A stretch of DNA of 47,876 nucleotides. It comes from a virus. Each line of letters opens with the position of its first letter. Positions within the stretch are counted from its first letter, which is position 1. A program made the translations under genes and the position numbers. This document shows positions 18,806 through 27,992 of the stretch, piece after piece. A model generated the notes under the pieces. That model was not told the DNA's origin. It was given only the letters and a program-made list of their open reading frames with translations, and did no database searches. The stretch lies in UHGV virus genome UHGV-0385110; one strand, written 5' to 3'.

Positions 18806-19894
18806 TTACAGCGCGGTTTGCGTGCCGTATGCGTTAAACACCTTGCTTCGGCCCGAGAAATCCCGGCGAATTTGCAAACCCATAGCAGCCCACGTTAAAA
18901 AGTTAAAGTTAGCGTGCGGCGTGGTACGCGGCTCTGCATAGGTGGATACCGGCTGAGCGACGCGAGGGCGAATATACAGTGCATTCTTCACATAGCCGAC
19001 GAAATGGTTACCGGTCAGCTTGAAGTTGGTGCCGATAGACGCGATGCGGCCAACGTTGCCGGTTTTGCCGAATGCGAGGATATAATCCTCAATGGTGCCG
19101 CCTTTGAAGCCTGCCGCGTTGGAGTACGGGCGGCTGAAGGAACGGCGCACAGACGGAGAAACCCACAGAGTAACCGGCTCGAACACGTTCTGCGCATCCA
19201 GAACCGCCTGGAAATCCTGGTTGAAGAACTCAACGATTTCATCAGGGGTTGCAGTTTGCAGGTCGATGTTCAGCGCACCAGTACCAGAGGCGCTCAGGTT
19301 GAGCTGCACGGTGTTCGGGTGGTTGGTGATGCCGTAAGCAGTATAAACGCCGTTCACGTTCAGGCTTGCATCGCCGACCAGCAGATAATCCGCCATGTCT
19401 GCGCGCAGGTTGAAGGTGGTGCTTTCCTGGTCATCAATCAGCGGGTCGAAACCTTCAGATTGCATACCCATCAGCTCACGCCACTCACGGCCATAACCGG
19501 TTTTGAAGATCGGGATTACATCGCCGCTGTAGGAGTAGCGGGTTTTATCCAGGTCTTCAGGCTCCTGACCGGAGATGGTGCGTACAACCTTGCCAGCATC
19601 GGAGGCCATGCGGCTAATTGCCACGGTCTTACCGATGTTGATGTTGGTCGCCAGCGTCATCAGGTCGGCCATCATGTCCATGCCGGACTCGTTGCGGAAT
19701 ACACGGGTGGTCACGTCGTCCACTTCGCGCCAGTAGTCTTTCGTTACCAGAGCGGTGGCGTTTACGCCGTATTCTTTCGCCAGAGCGTTTTCACCATTGA
19801 TGAAAACCTTGCGGTCAACGGTCAGATGGCGCCATTGCTCTTTAACCACCTGCGAGTTGGTGATCAGGCCTTTCGTAAAGATAATCTTTTCCAT
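18806..19894 (-). CDS. major capsid protein
   Basis: 362 aa. Follows decoration and scaffold genes. Composition and length typical of HK97-fold siphovirus major capsid protein. Strong hairpin terminator downstream at 18781..18810. Confidence 0.75.
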   Translation of the reverse strand: MEKIIFTKGLITNSQVVKEQWRHLTVDRKVFINGENALAKEYGVNATALVTKDYWREVDDVTTRVFRNESGMDMMADLMTLATNINIGKTVAISRMASDAGKVVRTISGQEPEDLDKTRYSYSGDVIPIFKTGYGREWRELMGMQSEGFDPLIDDQESTTFNLRADMADYLLVGDASLNVNGVYTAYGITNHPNTVQLNLSASGTGALNIDLQTATPDEIVEFFNQDFQAVLDAQNVFEPVTLWVSPSVRRSFSRPYSNAAGFKGGTIEDYILAFGKTGNVGRIASIGTNFKLTGNHFVGYVKNALYIRPRVAQPVSTYAEPRTTPHANFNFLTWAAMGLQIRRDFSGRSKVFNAYGTQTAL

Positions 19895-19905
19895 TGTTCG
19901 GCTCC

Positions 19906-20370
19906 TTACGCCGCAGGCATTGCAGCATTGCCAGCACGACGAACTGCAACGAGTTCAGCGCCATCAGATGCTACGGTGTAGGCTTCATACGCATAAAACA
20001 GGATGTTTTCGCCTGCTTCTGCCACTTTTAACGCGCCGGAGCCATTGCTTGCCAGCGGAGTACCTTTTACCAGCTCGGAGGATTCCGCAACCAGAGCGTG
20101 ATACGTTACGCCAAATTCGCACTGCACTGCCATGCCGGTAGCATTTGCCGGTACAGCTTCGCTCACGTCGCCGCCGCCAACATAGTTGTGTTGCAGGACG
20201 TAAGGGAAACCATGACCGCCAGCAGTCGCATGCGCGATGATTTTGTCAGAGGAGTTGAAGTCGACCAGCGCGCCAGGTTGCAGAGCAACGTTCATCAGAC
20301 CTTCACGCAACTGCGGGTCATTTTTGCGGGCCGGGCCGCCGATGATGGTGCCATAACGGATAGTAGCCAT
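19906..20370 (-). CDS. head decoration protein (putative)
   Basis: 154 aa, Ala/Gly-rich, between scaffold/protease and major capsid genes. Confidence 0.45.
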   Translation of the reverse strand: MATIRYGTIIGGPARKNDPQLREGLMNVALQPGALVDFNSSDKIIAHATAGGHGFPYVLQHNYVGGGDVSEAVPANATGMAVQCEFGVTYHALVAESSELVKGTPLASNGSGALKVAEAGENILFYAYEAYTVASDGAELVAVRRAGNAAMPAA

Positions 20371-21644
20371 TATTCAGGTGCCTCCATATCAAAATCTTCT
20401 TCGGCACGGTTCGGCTGGAACCCGCCGGAAATCGGAGCCGCTTTACTGGTGAGCGCATAGGTTTCACGCAGTGCTTCGCCAGTCAGCGCATTAACAGCAG
20501 ATTCCGGTAGCTTCAGCTCAGCCATAATAGCGGCGCGCATTGCGGTTTCTTCCTGTGCGGCATTGGCTTGCAGCTGGTCGCGCAGAGTTTTATTTTGCGC
20601 CTCCACATCGGCCAGTTTTTGGTTGACTGCGGTCAACGATTCCTGAACCGGTTTGAGGGCGTCGGCCAGTACAGCCTGCAATTCCTCGTTAGTCATTGAG
20701 ATTTCCCCTTCGTTTGATTTTACCGGTTCAAGCTCTGTCTTATAAACAGCCTTAACCCGTTCACCGACTAATTCTACCATATCCTCACGGACGATGTAGG
20801 ACTGCATATAAATGGTGCCGTCAATCTCAACTCCGAAGTAATTATCATAAACAGCGACGATATAAGGCCATGAGTCGGCTGGCATCTCGGCCTTAATGAT
20901 ATTGCGGATCTGCTCAGTAATATCGGTGAATGACAGTTGATTGCCAGTCAGGCGATTAATGGCACGCTGCCACCATTTGATTTTGTTTGCACTTTCGTCG
21001 GTCATTGCCGATTCCTCAAGATTAACCACAACGCGCTCAATGTCTTCGCCATTGGTGGCAAAAATGCCAACACCATCTTCTGGCGTTCCCGCCCCCGGAA
21101 CCCCGGGTGGAAGAATGGCGAGATGGTCCCATTCCATGTTGCGTGCGATCCATGAGTATTTTTTGCCTTTGCTTGTTCCCTCCGCTGCTTCACGGTTAAG
21201 CAATAAGCCAGTGGATACATGGATTGGTTCAGCGCCTTCGGCGGAGTTCATCAGAGCTTCAATGCGACCGAGTAGCTCCCGACCTTTCTCTGAGCGTTCA
21301 GCGATGACTTTGTTTACCTTCAGGTCAACAAGCACCTTGCCACCATCATGAGAGGCGTTTTCTATCCACGCGCCAATATGATACTGGTTTACCGCCCGAA
21401 TGTTGTGTGCTGAAACGAAAGAGCCATCAACCATCGGGTGGTTGTATGGGGCCGGGTTTCCATTCAGGCCATCATAGGATTTCTTGATTTCGTCAGATGG
21501 GTACATCCCGCCGTTCATCACTATATCGTCGCATAGCGGAATAACATTTTTTATAACGTAGTGCATGTCACCGTCGATCACCTGCTCACTAATATTGCTT
21601 GCAGAGTTGATTGTGGTGAGCACGTTGACTTGCAGCTTATTCAT
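20370..21644 (-). CDS. prohead protease / scaffolding protein (fused, putative)
   Basis: 424 aa. C-terminal coiled-coil (..[38 protein letters not shown]..) typical of scaffold. Immediately upstream of decoration and capsid genes. Confidence 0.45.
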   Translation of the reverse strand: MNKLQVNVLTTINSASNISEQVIDGDMHYVIKNVIPLCDDIVMNGGMYPSDEIKKSYDGLNGNPAPYNHPMVDGSFVSAHNIRAVNQYHIGAWIENASHDGGKVLVDLKVNKVIAERSEKGRELLGRIEALMNSAEGAEPIHVSTGLLLNREAAEGTSKGKKYSWIARNMEWDHLAILPPGVPGAGTPEDGVGIFATNGEDIERVVVNLEESAMTDESANKIKWWQRAINRLTGNQLSFTDITEQIRNIIKAEMPADSWPYIVAVYDNYFGVEIDGTIYMQSYIVREDMVELVGERVKAVYKTELEPVKSNEGEISMTNEELQAVLADALKPVQESLTAVNQKLADVEAQNKTLRDQLQANAAQEETAMRAAIMAELKLPESAVNALTGEALRETYALTSKAAPISGGFQPNRAEEDFDMEAPE

Positions 21645-21826
21645 TGCGTGGCTCCACGGTTAGTTTATGCCCGGATTATAACACACCATGAATATGCACC
21701 ACGAAACTGACGCGAGAAGGTAAAGCGGAGAAGCGGTAAAAGCGAAAAGAGTAGCAAAGAATGATATCAGTATGATTGGCATGGCTGCTACCTCCTGAAT
21801 GCAAGGTAACAGCCAATGGTGGAGAT

Positions 21827-22171
21827 TTATTGAGGACTATTCTTATTTAACATTCCACAGTTAACTTTTGCGCGGTTTACGGCATCCATGAATTTCCCGA
21901 CAGGCATCGTTTTACGGATTTCTGCCAGAATGGCGCCATGCAACATTCTTTCTTCTCCATAGTAGAGCTTATCAAGTCGAGTGCGAACCAGCGCGCGGGT
22001 GCGCTGCATGTGATCTCGTGCTTTAATGGCCTTTTGCCGCCATACCTTATCATCGCCATGAAAGCCGCTCAACTGGCGTTCAATGGCCTCAATCTCAAAT
22101 GCCAGCAGCATGTCGGCATCGTCGAGTTCACTTACTGTTGCGGTCATGATTTCTGATAGCTGAATTTTCAT
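21827..22171 (-). CDS. hypothetical protein (114 aa)
   Basis: Part of minus-strand small-gene block 24022 to 21827. Confidence 0.35.
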   Translation of the reverse strand: MKIQLSEIMTATVSELDDADMLLAFEIEAIERQLSGFHGDDKVWRQKAIKARDHMQRTRALVRTRLDKLYYGEERMLHGAILAEIRKTMPVGKFMDAVNRAKVNCGMLNKNSPQ

Positions 22172-22443
22172 TGTTTCACCTTTAATCCTAATTTAACTAA
22201 GCGCCTTTTGACTTCCAGCCAGAAAGCATCTTCTCTAAACTTTCCATGCCAGCTCGAATACCATTTTTTATCTTCAATGGATGGCAGTTCGACCTCTATT
22301 ACTTCCCGTGATGCGCACCAGTATTCCCATAAATCAGCAGTTACCCAGTTGGCGTAGTCCCCATCCTCATTAACAGCAAGGTAATCTTCGCCATATTCGT
22401 GCATAACTTTATCTTCAAACTGCTCTCTACTCGTCATCATCAT
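22168..22443 (-). CDS. hypothetical protein (91 aa)
   Basis: ATGA overlap with downstream gene. Confidence 0.35.
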   Translation of the reverse strand: MMMTSREQFEDKVMHEYGEDYLAVNEDGDYANWVTADLWEYWCASREVIEVELPSIEDKKWYSSWHGKFREDAFWLEVKRRLVKLGLKVKQ

Positions 22444-22630
22444 CTCCTGAGGCTAGTTCATCGCACCACATGCACTTATAGTAAAGATCGGGCCATCGGC
22501 CGCAGCTCACCCATTCGTGATTACATTCTTTCTTTTCCACTATCCACCCCATCTCTCTGCGATTATTGGCCGTGCGTTCACAGTTGGTGACAAACAGCAC
22601 AGTTCCTGATTTATGCTTTACCGCCCACAT
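22427..22630 (-). CDS. small Cys-rich protein (67 aa)
   Basis: CxxC...CxxC-like spacing (..ECNHEWVSCGRW..CMWCDEL..), acidic tail. Confidence 0.3.
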   Translation of the reverse strand: MWAVKHKSGTVLFVTNCERTANNRREMGWIVEKKECNHEWVSCGRWPDLYYKCMWCDELASGDDDDE

Positions 22631-23106
22631 GACTGGCGCGCCCCGGCAAGCAGCTTTTCAAACATCATCCTGTCACGGCTCATTCCAAACGGGATTATTT
22701 CCTGCCAGTAATATTTCCATGCGCCGCCAGGAAGCATTTCACGGTCAACCTGACCAATGCTTGCCAGGTAGCGCATGCGTGCCTTGAGGATGGTGTAGCT
22801 CACGCCAATGGCTGATGATATCTGTTTGCTTTTGCTGCCAGGATGCTCCTCAAGATACTGCTGAATAGCCAAATCAAGCGCAGTATTATCGGGATTGAGG
22901 AAATACTTAAAGCAGCGCCGACCATCACTTATCCCTTCCTCTTTGACAATAAACCCCATTTTTCCCATCTCTACCAGGCAGAGATTTATTCTTACGCGGT
23001 CATCAACTCCAGTCTGCTTGCGAAGCATTGCGTTTGTTGCTCCGGGATGCCTTTCAATAATGCTGATAAGTTGTGTCTTAAAGTCCATGCTTGCGCTCCA
23101 GTGCAT
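22618..23106 (-). CDS. winged-helix DNA-binding protein (tandem wHTH-like), candidate transcription regulator
   Basis: 162 aa. Two repeats resembling MarR/ArsR-type wHTH (..ISIIERHPGATNAMLRKQTGV.. and ..QYLEEHPGSKSKQISSAIGVS..). Confidence 0.4.
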   Translation of the reverse strand: MHWSASMDFKTQLISIIERHPGATNAMLRKQTGVDDRVRINLCLVEMGKMGFIVKEEGISDGRRCFKYFLNPDNTALDLAIQQYLEEHPGSKSKQISSAIGVSYTILKARMRYLASIGQVDREMLPGGAWKYYWQEIIPFGMSRDRMMFEKLLAGARQSCGR

Positions 23107-23314
23107 CTTGTTTGTAGTCGTTGATTGTATAAAGGCATCCCTCCCTGGTATTCCATGACCTCACGGCAGTGCAAAGGCGGAGATATTCGTCACCTTTCTT
23201 TCCGCAATCATTACACTCAATAATCCACACGGATCCCTTTACGTAGGGGGAAACATCAAGGCTCCCGCAGTCATGGCACTCAAGCAAACCATTGCTGCCC
23301 ATCATCGGTTTCAT
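23078..23314 (-). CDS. zinc-ribbon protein (78 aa)
   Basis: Two CxxC pairs (..CHDCGS..ECNDCGK..). Confidence 0.35.
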   Translation of the reverse strand: MKPMMGSNGLLECHDCGSLDVSPYVKGSVWIIECNDCGKKGDEYLRLCTAVRSWNTREGCLYTINDYKQDALERKHGL

Positions 23315-23547
23315 TTCGCCACCTTTTCCATCATGTATTTAACCTGAATGTTGCATAGCTTTCTCAGCACCCTATCCCTGCGATAATCGCGTTTTATGCC
23401 AGGGCGCCCGAACTTAGTACGCAGCATCTGCTTCAGTGTTCGGCGGTCAGGCTGGTTTTTCTGCCGCCCGGCCCTTGCATTGTCCTCCCTGATATCAGCC
23501 ATGATTAACTGAAGCAACGTGCTGGCCTTGCTCATTTCTCCACCCAT
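23311..23547 (-). CDS. hypothetical basic protein (78 aa)
   Basis: Arg/Lys-rich. Overlapping stop/start. Confidence 0.3.
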   Translation of the reverse strand: MGGEMSKASTLLQLIMADIREDNARAGRQKNQPDRRTLKQMLRTKFGRPGIKRDYRRDRVLRKLCNIQVKYMMEKVAK

Positions 23548-23723
23548 TCACCAATATTGCTGAAATGCGGGCGCCCATCGCGCCATTCGATAATTTCGCG
23601 GTTAACCTGCCGTTGCATGCGGTTGCGAACCTCGCGCAATTCGCTTTCAACCCAGGCGCGAGTACGGTCGAGTTCTTCCAGCTTGTTCAGCAATTCTTTT
23701 TCGTATACCTGATCAGTGGTCAT
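23532..23723 (-). CDS. hypothetical protein (63 aa)
   Basis: Helical charged protein. Overlaps neighbours by a few nt. Confidence 0.3.
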   Translation of the reverse strand: MTTDQVYEKELLNKLEELDRTRAWVESELREVRNRMQRQVNREIIEWRDGRPHFSNIGEWVEK

Positions 23724-23889
23724 TTTTTCTCTCCATCAGCACTTTGTAGTGAACGCCATAATATTTGAGTACCTGACTATGGTTGTGCAGATACCCGTCA
23801 GCATCTTCAATCGGAAGTCTTACCACGATGTAAAATGCCCGGTAGAGTTCTGTCCATCCATGACAGCATTTGCGCTTCCTCGGCTTCAT
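23713..23889 (-). CDS. hypothetical protein (58 aa, start at internal Met with SD GGAGG)
   Basis: ATG 23889 preceded by tatGGAGGcagccc. Overlaps the next ORF by 83 nt, so one of the two may be spurious. Confidence 0.25.
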   Translation of the reverse strand: MKPRKRKCCHGWTELYRAFYIVVRLPIEDADGYLHNHSQVLKYYGVHYKVLMERKNDH

Positions 23890-24022
23890 GGGCTGCCTCC
23901 ATAGCAGCCAGGTCAATGCGCTGCTCGATAGATTTAATGATTGACTCTGGAACATTAAGCATTTGCAGAGTCTCCCGGCAATCGCGCTTATGAACCTCTG
24001 TCACCTCCTGCCATTTCTTCAT
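23807..24022 (-). CDS. hypothetical protein (72 aa), first gene of the minus-strand early block
   Basis: ATG 24022 preceded by AAAAGGTGGTG. The longer track ORF start would run into the divergent promoter region. Confidence 0.4.
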   Translation of the reverse strand: MKKWQEVTEVHKRDCRETLQMLNVPESIIKSIEQRIDLAAMEAAHEAEEAQMLSWMDRTLPGILHRGKTSD

Positions 24023-24076
24023 TCCACACCACCTTTTATCATTATGGTACAATCTACAACACAGAGTATTGACTAA

Positions 24077-24088
24077 TTGACGTAGATT
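24077..24088 (+). promoter_or_regulatory. 12-mer TTGACGTAGATT within inverted repeat TTGACG-TAGATT-CGTCAA; reverse-oriented TTGTAGATT at 24050..24058
   Basis: 31 nt upstream of the first plus-strand gene. Minus-strand variant faces the minus early block. Confidence 0.45.
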
Positions 24089-24118
24089 CGTCAAGATGAT
24101 TTTCACAGGAGAGCGACA

Positions 24119-24319
24119 ATGGCGAGACAACGCAAAGAACCACTGGAAGTACTGACTGAGATTATCGCTAAGCGCCAGCCGTTAAGCCTGCGAGATGTCA
24201 GATATTACGCGCACTGCTACGTAGCAATGCGGGAATGGAGCGCTGAAGAAATGTATGCGTTTGTGCGTGGGCACTTCAGCGTGGATGAGAAAAACAAGGT
24301 TACATTGAGGGTGAAGTGA
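24119..24319 (+). CDS. hypothetical protein (66 aa)
   Basis: SD GGAGAG before ATG. Confidence 0.4.
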   Translation: MARQRKEPLEVLTEIIAKRQPLSLRDVRYYAHCYVAMREWSAEEMYAFVRGHFSVDEKNKVTLRVK

Positions 24320-24501
24320 TGGAAAGGTGGACGGTAATTAATGATAATGGCGCCCCGGTTTCTTATGTTAATGGGGATGGTGATGACACTCCACCAAGAA
24401 TGATTGTCTTTGAAGACCGGTTTGATGCCTATAAATGGGTTGTTGAAAATGGCGCCTCAAGTGATGAGGTGGTGAAAATTAAATTTGAGGTGGTGAAATG
24501 A
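24316..24501 (+). CDS. hypothetical protein (61 aa)
   Basis: ATGA overlaps. Confidence 0.35.
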   Translation: MMERWTVINDNGAPVSYVNGDGDDTPPRMIVFEDRFDAYKWVVENGASSDEVVKIKFEVVK

Positions 24502-25028
24502 AATACAAATACCTGAAGGGAAGTGAAGCGGATTTTAATGGTGCATTTACTGATAAAGAATACGCCATCAAAAAAAATTCCGATGGGAGAATATTTTTCC
24601 CTGACAATGTCATTGATGTCAACTTCGATTTATATGACCTGATAGGTCAACGACAATTAATTGACGAAGAGCAAGACATTAATGATTGCATTGATGCGCT
24701 AGATTCAGCAATACAAGGCATTCCATTGCGCGATATTGATGGAGCTGCAGCCATTGAATATCCAGGCGTGGAGGAGCTCATCACCGAGCGCGGCAATCGC
24801 TATGGCAAATTCAAAGACGGCGCAGATATCATGCAGTCACTGAAGGACACCATGCGCGACGTTGACGGTTGGAATAACCTGACAGCAAGCCAGAAGGAAG
24901 CGCTCGACATGATTCAGCATAAAATAGGCCGCATCCTGAATGGCGATCCGACATACGACGACAGCTGGAAAGACATTGCTGGATATGCAACATTAATTGT
25001 TAATGAACTGAATGGAGAGGTAAAGTGA
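24498..25028 (+). CDS. hypothetical protein (176 aa)
   Basis: Coupled to neighbours. Confidence 0.4.
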   Translation: MKYKYLKGSEADFNGAFTDKEYAIKKNSDGRIFFPDNVIDVNFDLYDLIGQRQLIDEEQDINDCIDALDSAIQGIPLRDIDGAAAIEYPGVEELITERGNRYGKFKDGADIMQSLKDTMRDVDGWNNLTASQKEALDMIQHKIGRILNGDPTYDDSWKDIAGYATLIVNELNGEVK

Positions 25029-25237
25029 TGGGTGTTTATGATGAACTCGACAATGCAATTCTGCGCCGTCTTGATGACTCGGTCGGGCCTGTTGGTATTG
25101 AGTCGATCTGGTTTGAGGTATTGGATATTTCACCAGTCAAAAACATCACAATCCTTGACAGGAGAATGCAGGCACTGAAAAAGAAGGGGCTGGTTTATAA
25201 CGTGAGAGGCAAAGGCTGGGCGAGGTTATCGAAATGA
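25025..25237 (+). CDS. hypothetical protein (70 aa)
   Basis: ATGA overlaps. Confidence 0.35.
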   Translation: MMGVYDELDNAILRRLDDSVGPVGIESIWFEVLDISPVKNITILDRRMQALKKKGLVYNVRGKGWARLSK

Positions 25238-25596
25238 AAAGACTCCTGAAAAACATCGCATGGGATATCTTCCTGACGTGGCCGCTGATTTACTTCGGCC
25301 TGTTTATGCAAAACGTATATGCATACAATATGGCTGTGGCTTTTTTCTGGTTCATCAGCGTTGGTGGCATCATTGTCGCTATCAGCACCATTGCATCTGG
25401 TGAGATGCTGAAGAAGGCGGTGGCCAGATACAAAAGGCCGCTATGGATTCATCGCAAGTATCAGGCTGTAACCTCGATTGGTGAAGTTGCGTTGATGTTT
25501 GCGTTAGGGTATTTCTGGCTTGGTTGGTTTTATGCCACCGCCGTTATTTTTGTGATGGCGATGAAAGAAAAGGTAGCAGAGGAGGCTGGTAAATAA
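25234..25596 (+). CDS. integral membrane protein (120 aa, 3-4 TM helices)
   Basis: Hydrophobic segments ..WPLIYFGLFM.., ..AVAFFWFISVGGIIVAISTI.., ..EVALMFALGYFWLGWFYATAVIFVMA.. Confidence 0.4.
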   Translation: MKRLLKNIAWDIFLTWPLIYFGLFMQNVYAYNMAVAFFWFISVGGIIVAISTIASGEMLKKAVARYKRPLWIHRKYQAVTSIGEVALMFALGYFWLGWFYATAVIFVMAMKEKVAEEAGK

Positions 25597-25740
25597 TGCC
25601 GGTAAAGCAGAATAGAGTACCAAAGGCCTACATCATCACCAGCAATCGTGGTCGCCGCTATCTGGCGTTTGCTGGTAGTGTTGAGCATCAAAACGCAATC
25701 ATGTTTGGATATAAAATGAGGGCTTTATATGAGTAAGAAA
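25597..25740 (+). CDS. hypothetical small protein (47 aa)
   Basis: ATG one nt after preceding stop. Below the track length cut-off. Confidence 0.25.
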
Positions 25741-25905
25741 GTTGAGGAATTCGTCAAAAGAATGCAGTCATCTGGCGTTAGCCTCACTGTAGAAGGTGGG
25801 GTTGTGGTGGCGCGTAACACTGCCGGAATGTCAGGGAAAGACATTATTGAGATGGCCAAACTAGATAAGAATGGGGAGTTAGCTAAGTATCTATCAATCA
25901 GATAA
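25729..25905 (+). CDS. hypothetical small protein (58 aa)
   Basis: Ends directly at hairpin terminator. Confidence 0.3.
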   Translation: MSKKVEEFVKRMQSSGVSLTVEGGVVVARNTAGMSGKDIIEMAKLDKNGELAKYLSIR

Positions 25906-25908
25906 AAC

Positions 25909-25934
25909 AAAGCCCCGTGAGGGGCTTTTTTATT
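25909..25934 (+). terminator. rho-independent terminator
   Basis: aaAGCCCCgtgaGGGGCTtttttatt. Confidence 0.6.
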
Positions 25935-26085
25935 GCTACAGAAATTCTGGCGTCACACCCCATTTATCTTTCGCTGATTTGCTGTAGCGGCTTTTGCGAG
26001 CAGGCTGATAGCCAGCTCTACCGAGGGCCACGTTAACGGCCATTTCGCTATATTTTCGCTTTGCGCTGTCGCCCTTCATACGGCC

Positions 26086-26334
26086 TCACTTACCGAAATT
26101 ATCCCGATACCAGTCCTGCCAGTCATAAACAGTCAGCTTTCTTTTTGTGGCGCACTCCGTATTCTGGTTTTCCAGAACGATACTTTCATCACTATTTTTG
26201 GGCGCCACTTTCGACAACTCGCACACCTGCCCCAGCATCTCTGCTGATGGCGGAGTCGGCGTCGAGGGATTGTTGGCGCAACCGCTGGTAGTTGTCATCA
26301 AAAACACACACATTACGATTCGGGTCGGAGACAT
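26086..26334 (-). CDS. o-spanin (Rz1-like lipoprotein) in overlapped architecture
   Basis: 82 aa. Signal/lipobox ..MTTTSGC.., Pro-rich ..PSTPTPPSAE... Starts inside the Rz-like gene in another frame and extends past its stop. Confidence 0.55.
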   Translation of the reverse strand: MSPTRIVMCVFLMTTTSGCANNPSTPTPPSAEMLGQVCELSKVAPKNSDESIVLENQNTECATKRKLTVYDWQDWYRDNFGK

Positions 26335-26572
26335 ATTTCACCACGTCACGGTAAATGGTTTTGTATTTGGTTTCAGTCACAACGCGCACCTGCTGAGATT
26401 GTGTCGTGGACTTAGCCTGCTTGCTTTGCGCCGCCTGCCTACGCTTTTCTGCGTCACGATTAACTTTTTCGCTGTGCGCATACCATCCTTTCAGGTATCC
26501 AGCGCCATAACCAGATGCAGCAATGATTACCGCGACGCCTATGGCGATTAGAATTAACTTAATTCTGGTCAT
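26192..26572 (-). CDS. i-spanin (Rz-like)
   Basis: 126 aa. N-terminal signal-anchor TM (..LILIAIGVAVIIAASGY..), charged coiled-coil periplasmic domain. Confidence 0.55.
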   Translation of the reverse strand: MTRIKLILIAIGVAVIIAASGYGAGYLKGWYAHSEKVNRDAEKRRQAAQSKQAKSTTQSQQVRVVTETKYKTIYRDVVKYVSDPNRNVCVFDDNYQRLRQQSLDADSAISRDAGAGVRVVESGAQK

Positions 26573-26792
26573 TTTTCAGCGCCTTAATCTCTTTCTTCAT
26601 GCCGTGCATTTTCCCAAACAGCGAGGCAAGAAGGATGCTGTAGCTGATCGCCTTGACCGCAATCGGCGGAATGGCAGACTTTAAGTCTTCAGGCATGAAA
26701 GCCCATACGTGAACCATGGCATCGGGCCAGAGCTGAATCAGCGAGCAGAATGACGCCCAAATGCCGATAAGCCAGTTACTTAATCGCCTCAT
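26559..26792 (-). CDS. putative holin (77 aa, two TM segments)
   Basis: Between endolysin and spanins. TM1 ..LIGIWASFCSLIQLW.., TM2 ..IAVKAISYSILLASLFG... Charged C-terminus. Confidence 0.4.
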   Translation of the reverse strand: MRRLSNWLIGIWASFCSLIQLWPDAMVHVWAFMPEDLKSAIPPIAVKAISYSILLASLFGKMHGMKKEIKALKNDQN

Positions 26793-27223
26793 TCCATGTA
26801 AACCTCACGTTCGGCTGCGCGGCGCTTGGTGAGTCCGTTCATGACCTTACCATTAGCGCGATTCCACACCCGGAACTGGTCGGCGGCGCAGGTGTAGCAG
26901 CGGGCGTTATGCTTTTTCAGAAGTGTTGATTTGCCAAAGTTACCAAGCCCGATGTTATAGGCCAGCGACACCATTGCATCAAATTGGCCCTGAGTTGTCG
27001 GCGCGGTGATGAGTGACGAGACGCCGCTTTCAAATTTCGCTACGTCGTCACGCAGCATCTTTTCCGCTTGCTGTGCGGTGATAACCATGCCTGGCTTAAC
27101 GCCTTTGGTTGTACCGTAACCGATAGTCCACGGCGCTCCGCCAGTGGCTGGGTCTGGATATGCCTTCGAGCTGTAACCCTCGAATTGTTTAATTAGTTCA
27201 ATGCCCTTTTGAGATAATTTCAC
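26789..27223 (-). CDS. endolysin, GH24 (T4 lysozyme-like)
   Basis: 144 aa. ..IKQFEGYSSKAYPDPATGGAPWTIGYG.. catalytic E/D/T region of phage lysozymes. Confidence 0.8.
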   Translation of the reverse strand: MKLSQKGIELIKQFEGYSSKAYPDPATGGAPWTIGYGTTKGVKPGMVITAQQAEKMLRDDVAKFESGVSSLITAPTTQGQFDAMVSLAYNIGLGNFGKSTLLKKHNARCYTCAADQFRVWNRANGKVMNGLTKRRAAEREVYME

Positions 27224-27224
27224 C

Positions 27225-27953
27225 CTAAGCCTCCCGGGAAAATTCTTTGTGGTGTCTCATTCTAACATTTTTTATCCACTCTGCGGCTTCATTCAGGTCG
27301 TCAAATACCCTCTCTGCCACCAACACCCTTGATGCGTAGACCCTGGCTTTCCATTTTGATAACCTTTTGTCCCAGCAGACGCCTTTGACGCCTGACTTAT
27401 TGCTTTCTGAAAGGCCCTTGTTTTGTTGATTTTCACAAAAAGTGGCAAGCCTAAGATTTTTAATTCTGTTATCTGTTTTGATGCAATTAATGTGATCTAT
27501 CTCACCTGGCGGCCATGCTCCATAGTGCATAAACCACGCCAGTCTATGTAGTAAGTACCTCTCTCCCTGAATCTGACATTCAAGATAACCATTCTTAGTT
27601 TTGCTACCAACCTTCCTTCCTATTGAGTCTCGAATTGTTGTGTTCTTAACCCAAGTAAAATCACCCGTTTCAGGTTCATATTTAACGATATCGGAAATAT
27701 CAAGGTCTCTCACCTTGCTCCTGCACCTTTCTGATGATCTCCTGCCATGCTGAATCCTTGCACACTTATCGCATCCTCCATGTTTTCCCTTTAAGTGGGT
27801 ATCTGGATGAGTGAGGAAAGCCCCGTGCATCCTACAAATTATTATTAATTTTTTCTTTTTCCCGTCATAAACGCACTTTTCGTACTTGAATCTACTCCCG
27901 TGTGCTGCCCTGGCGGATGCCACAAAGTCTTCATTTGACATTTTTTTTGACAT
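27225..27953 (-). CDS. HNH-AP2 homing endonuclease, paralogue of 10413..10898
   Basis: 242 aa. ..IDHINCIKTDNRIKNLRLATFCENQQN.. HNH. ..VKGVCWDKRLSKWKARV.. AP2-like. N-terminal Zn-binding Cys/His cluster. Confidence 0.75.
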   Translation of the reverse strand: MSKKMSNEDFVASARAAHGSRFKYEKCVYDGKKKKLIIICRMHGAFLTHPDTHLKGKHGGCDKCARIQHGRRSSERCRSKVRDLDISDIVKYEPETGDFTWVKNTTIRDSIGRKVGSKTKNGYLECQIQGERYLLHRLAWFMHYGAWPPGEIDHINCIKTDNRIKNLRLATFCENQQNKGLSESNKSGVKGVCWDKRLSKWKARVYASRVLVAERVFDDLNEAAEWIKNVRMRHHKEFSREA

Positions 27954-27992
27954 AATGATTTCCTCAACCGATAACTTCCTAACCCATGTGTC

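Noticed and set aside
18914-19981. 355-aa plus-strand ORF
   Set aside because: Entirely antisense to the major capsid and decoration genes. Arg/His-rich low-complexity translation typical of antisense frames in GC-rich coding DNA. No SD.
26061-26551. Plus-strand ORFs 26061..26291 and 26147..26551
   Set aside because: Antisense to the Rz/Rz1 spanin pair. Minus-strand products have signal-anchor and lipobox features, plus-strand ones do not.
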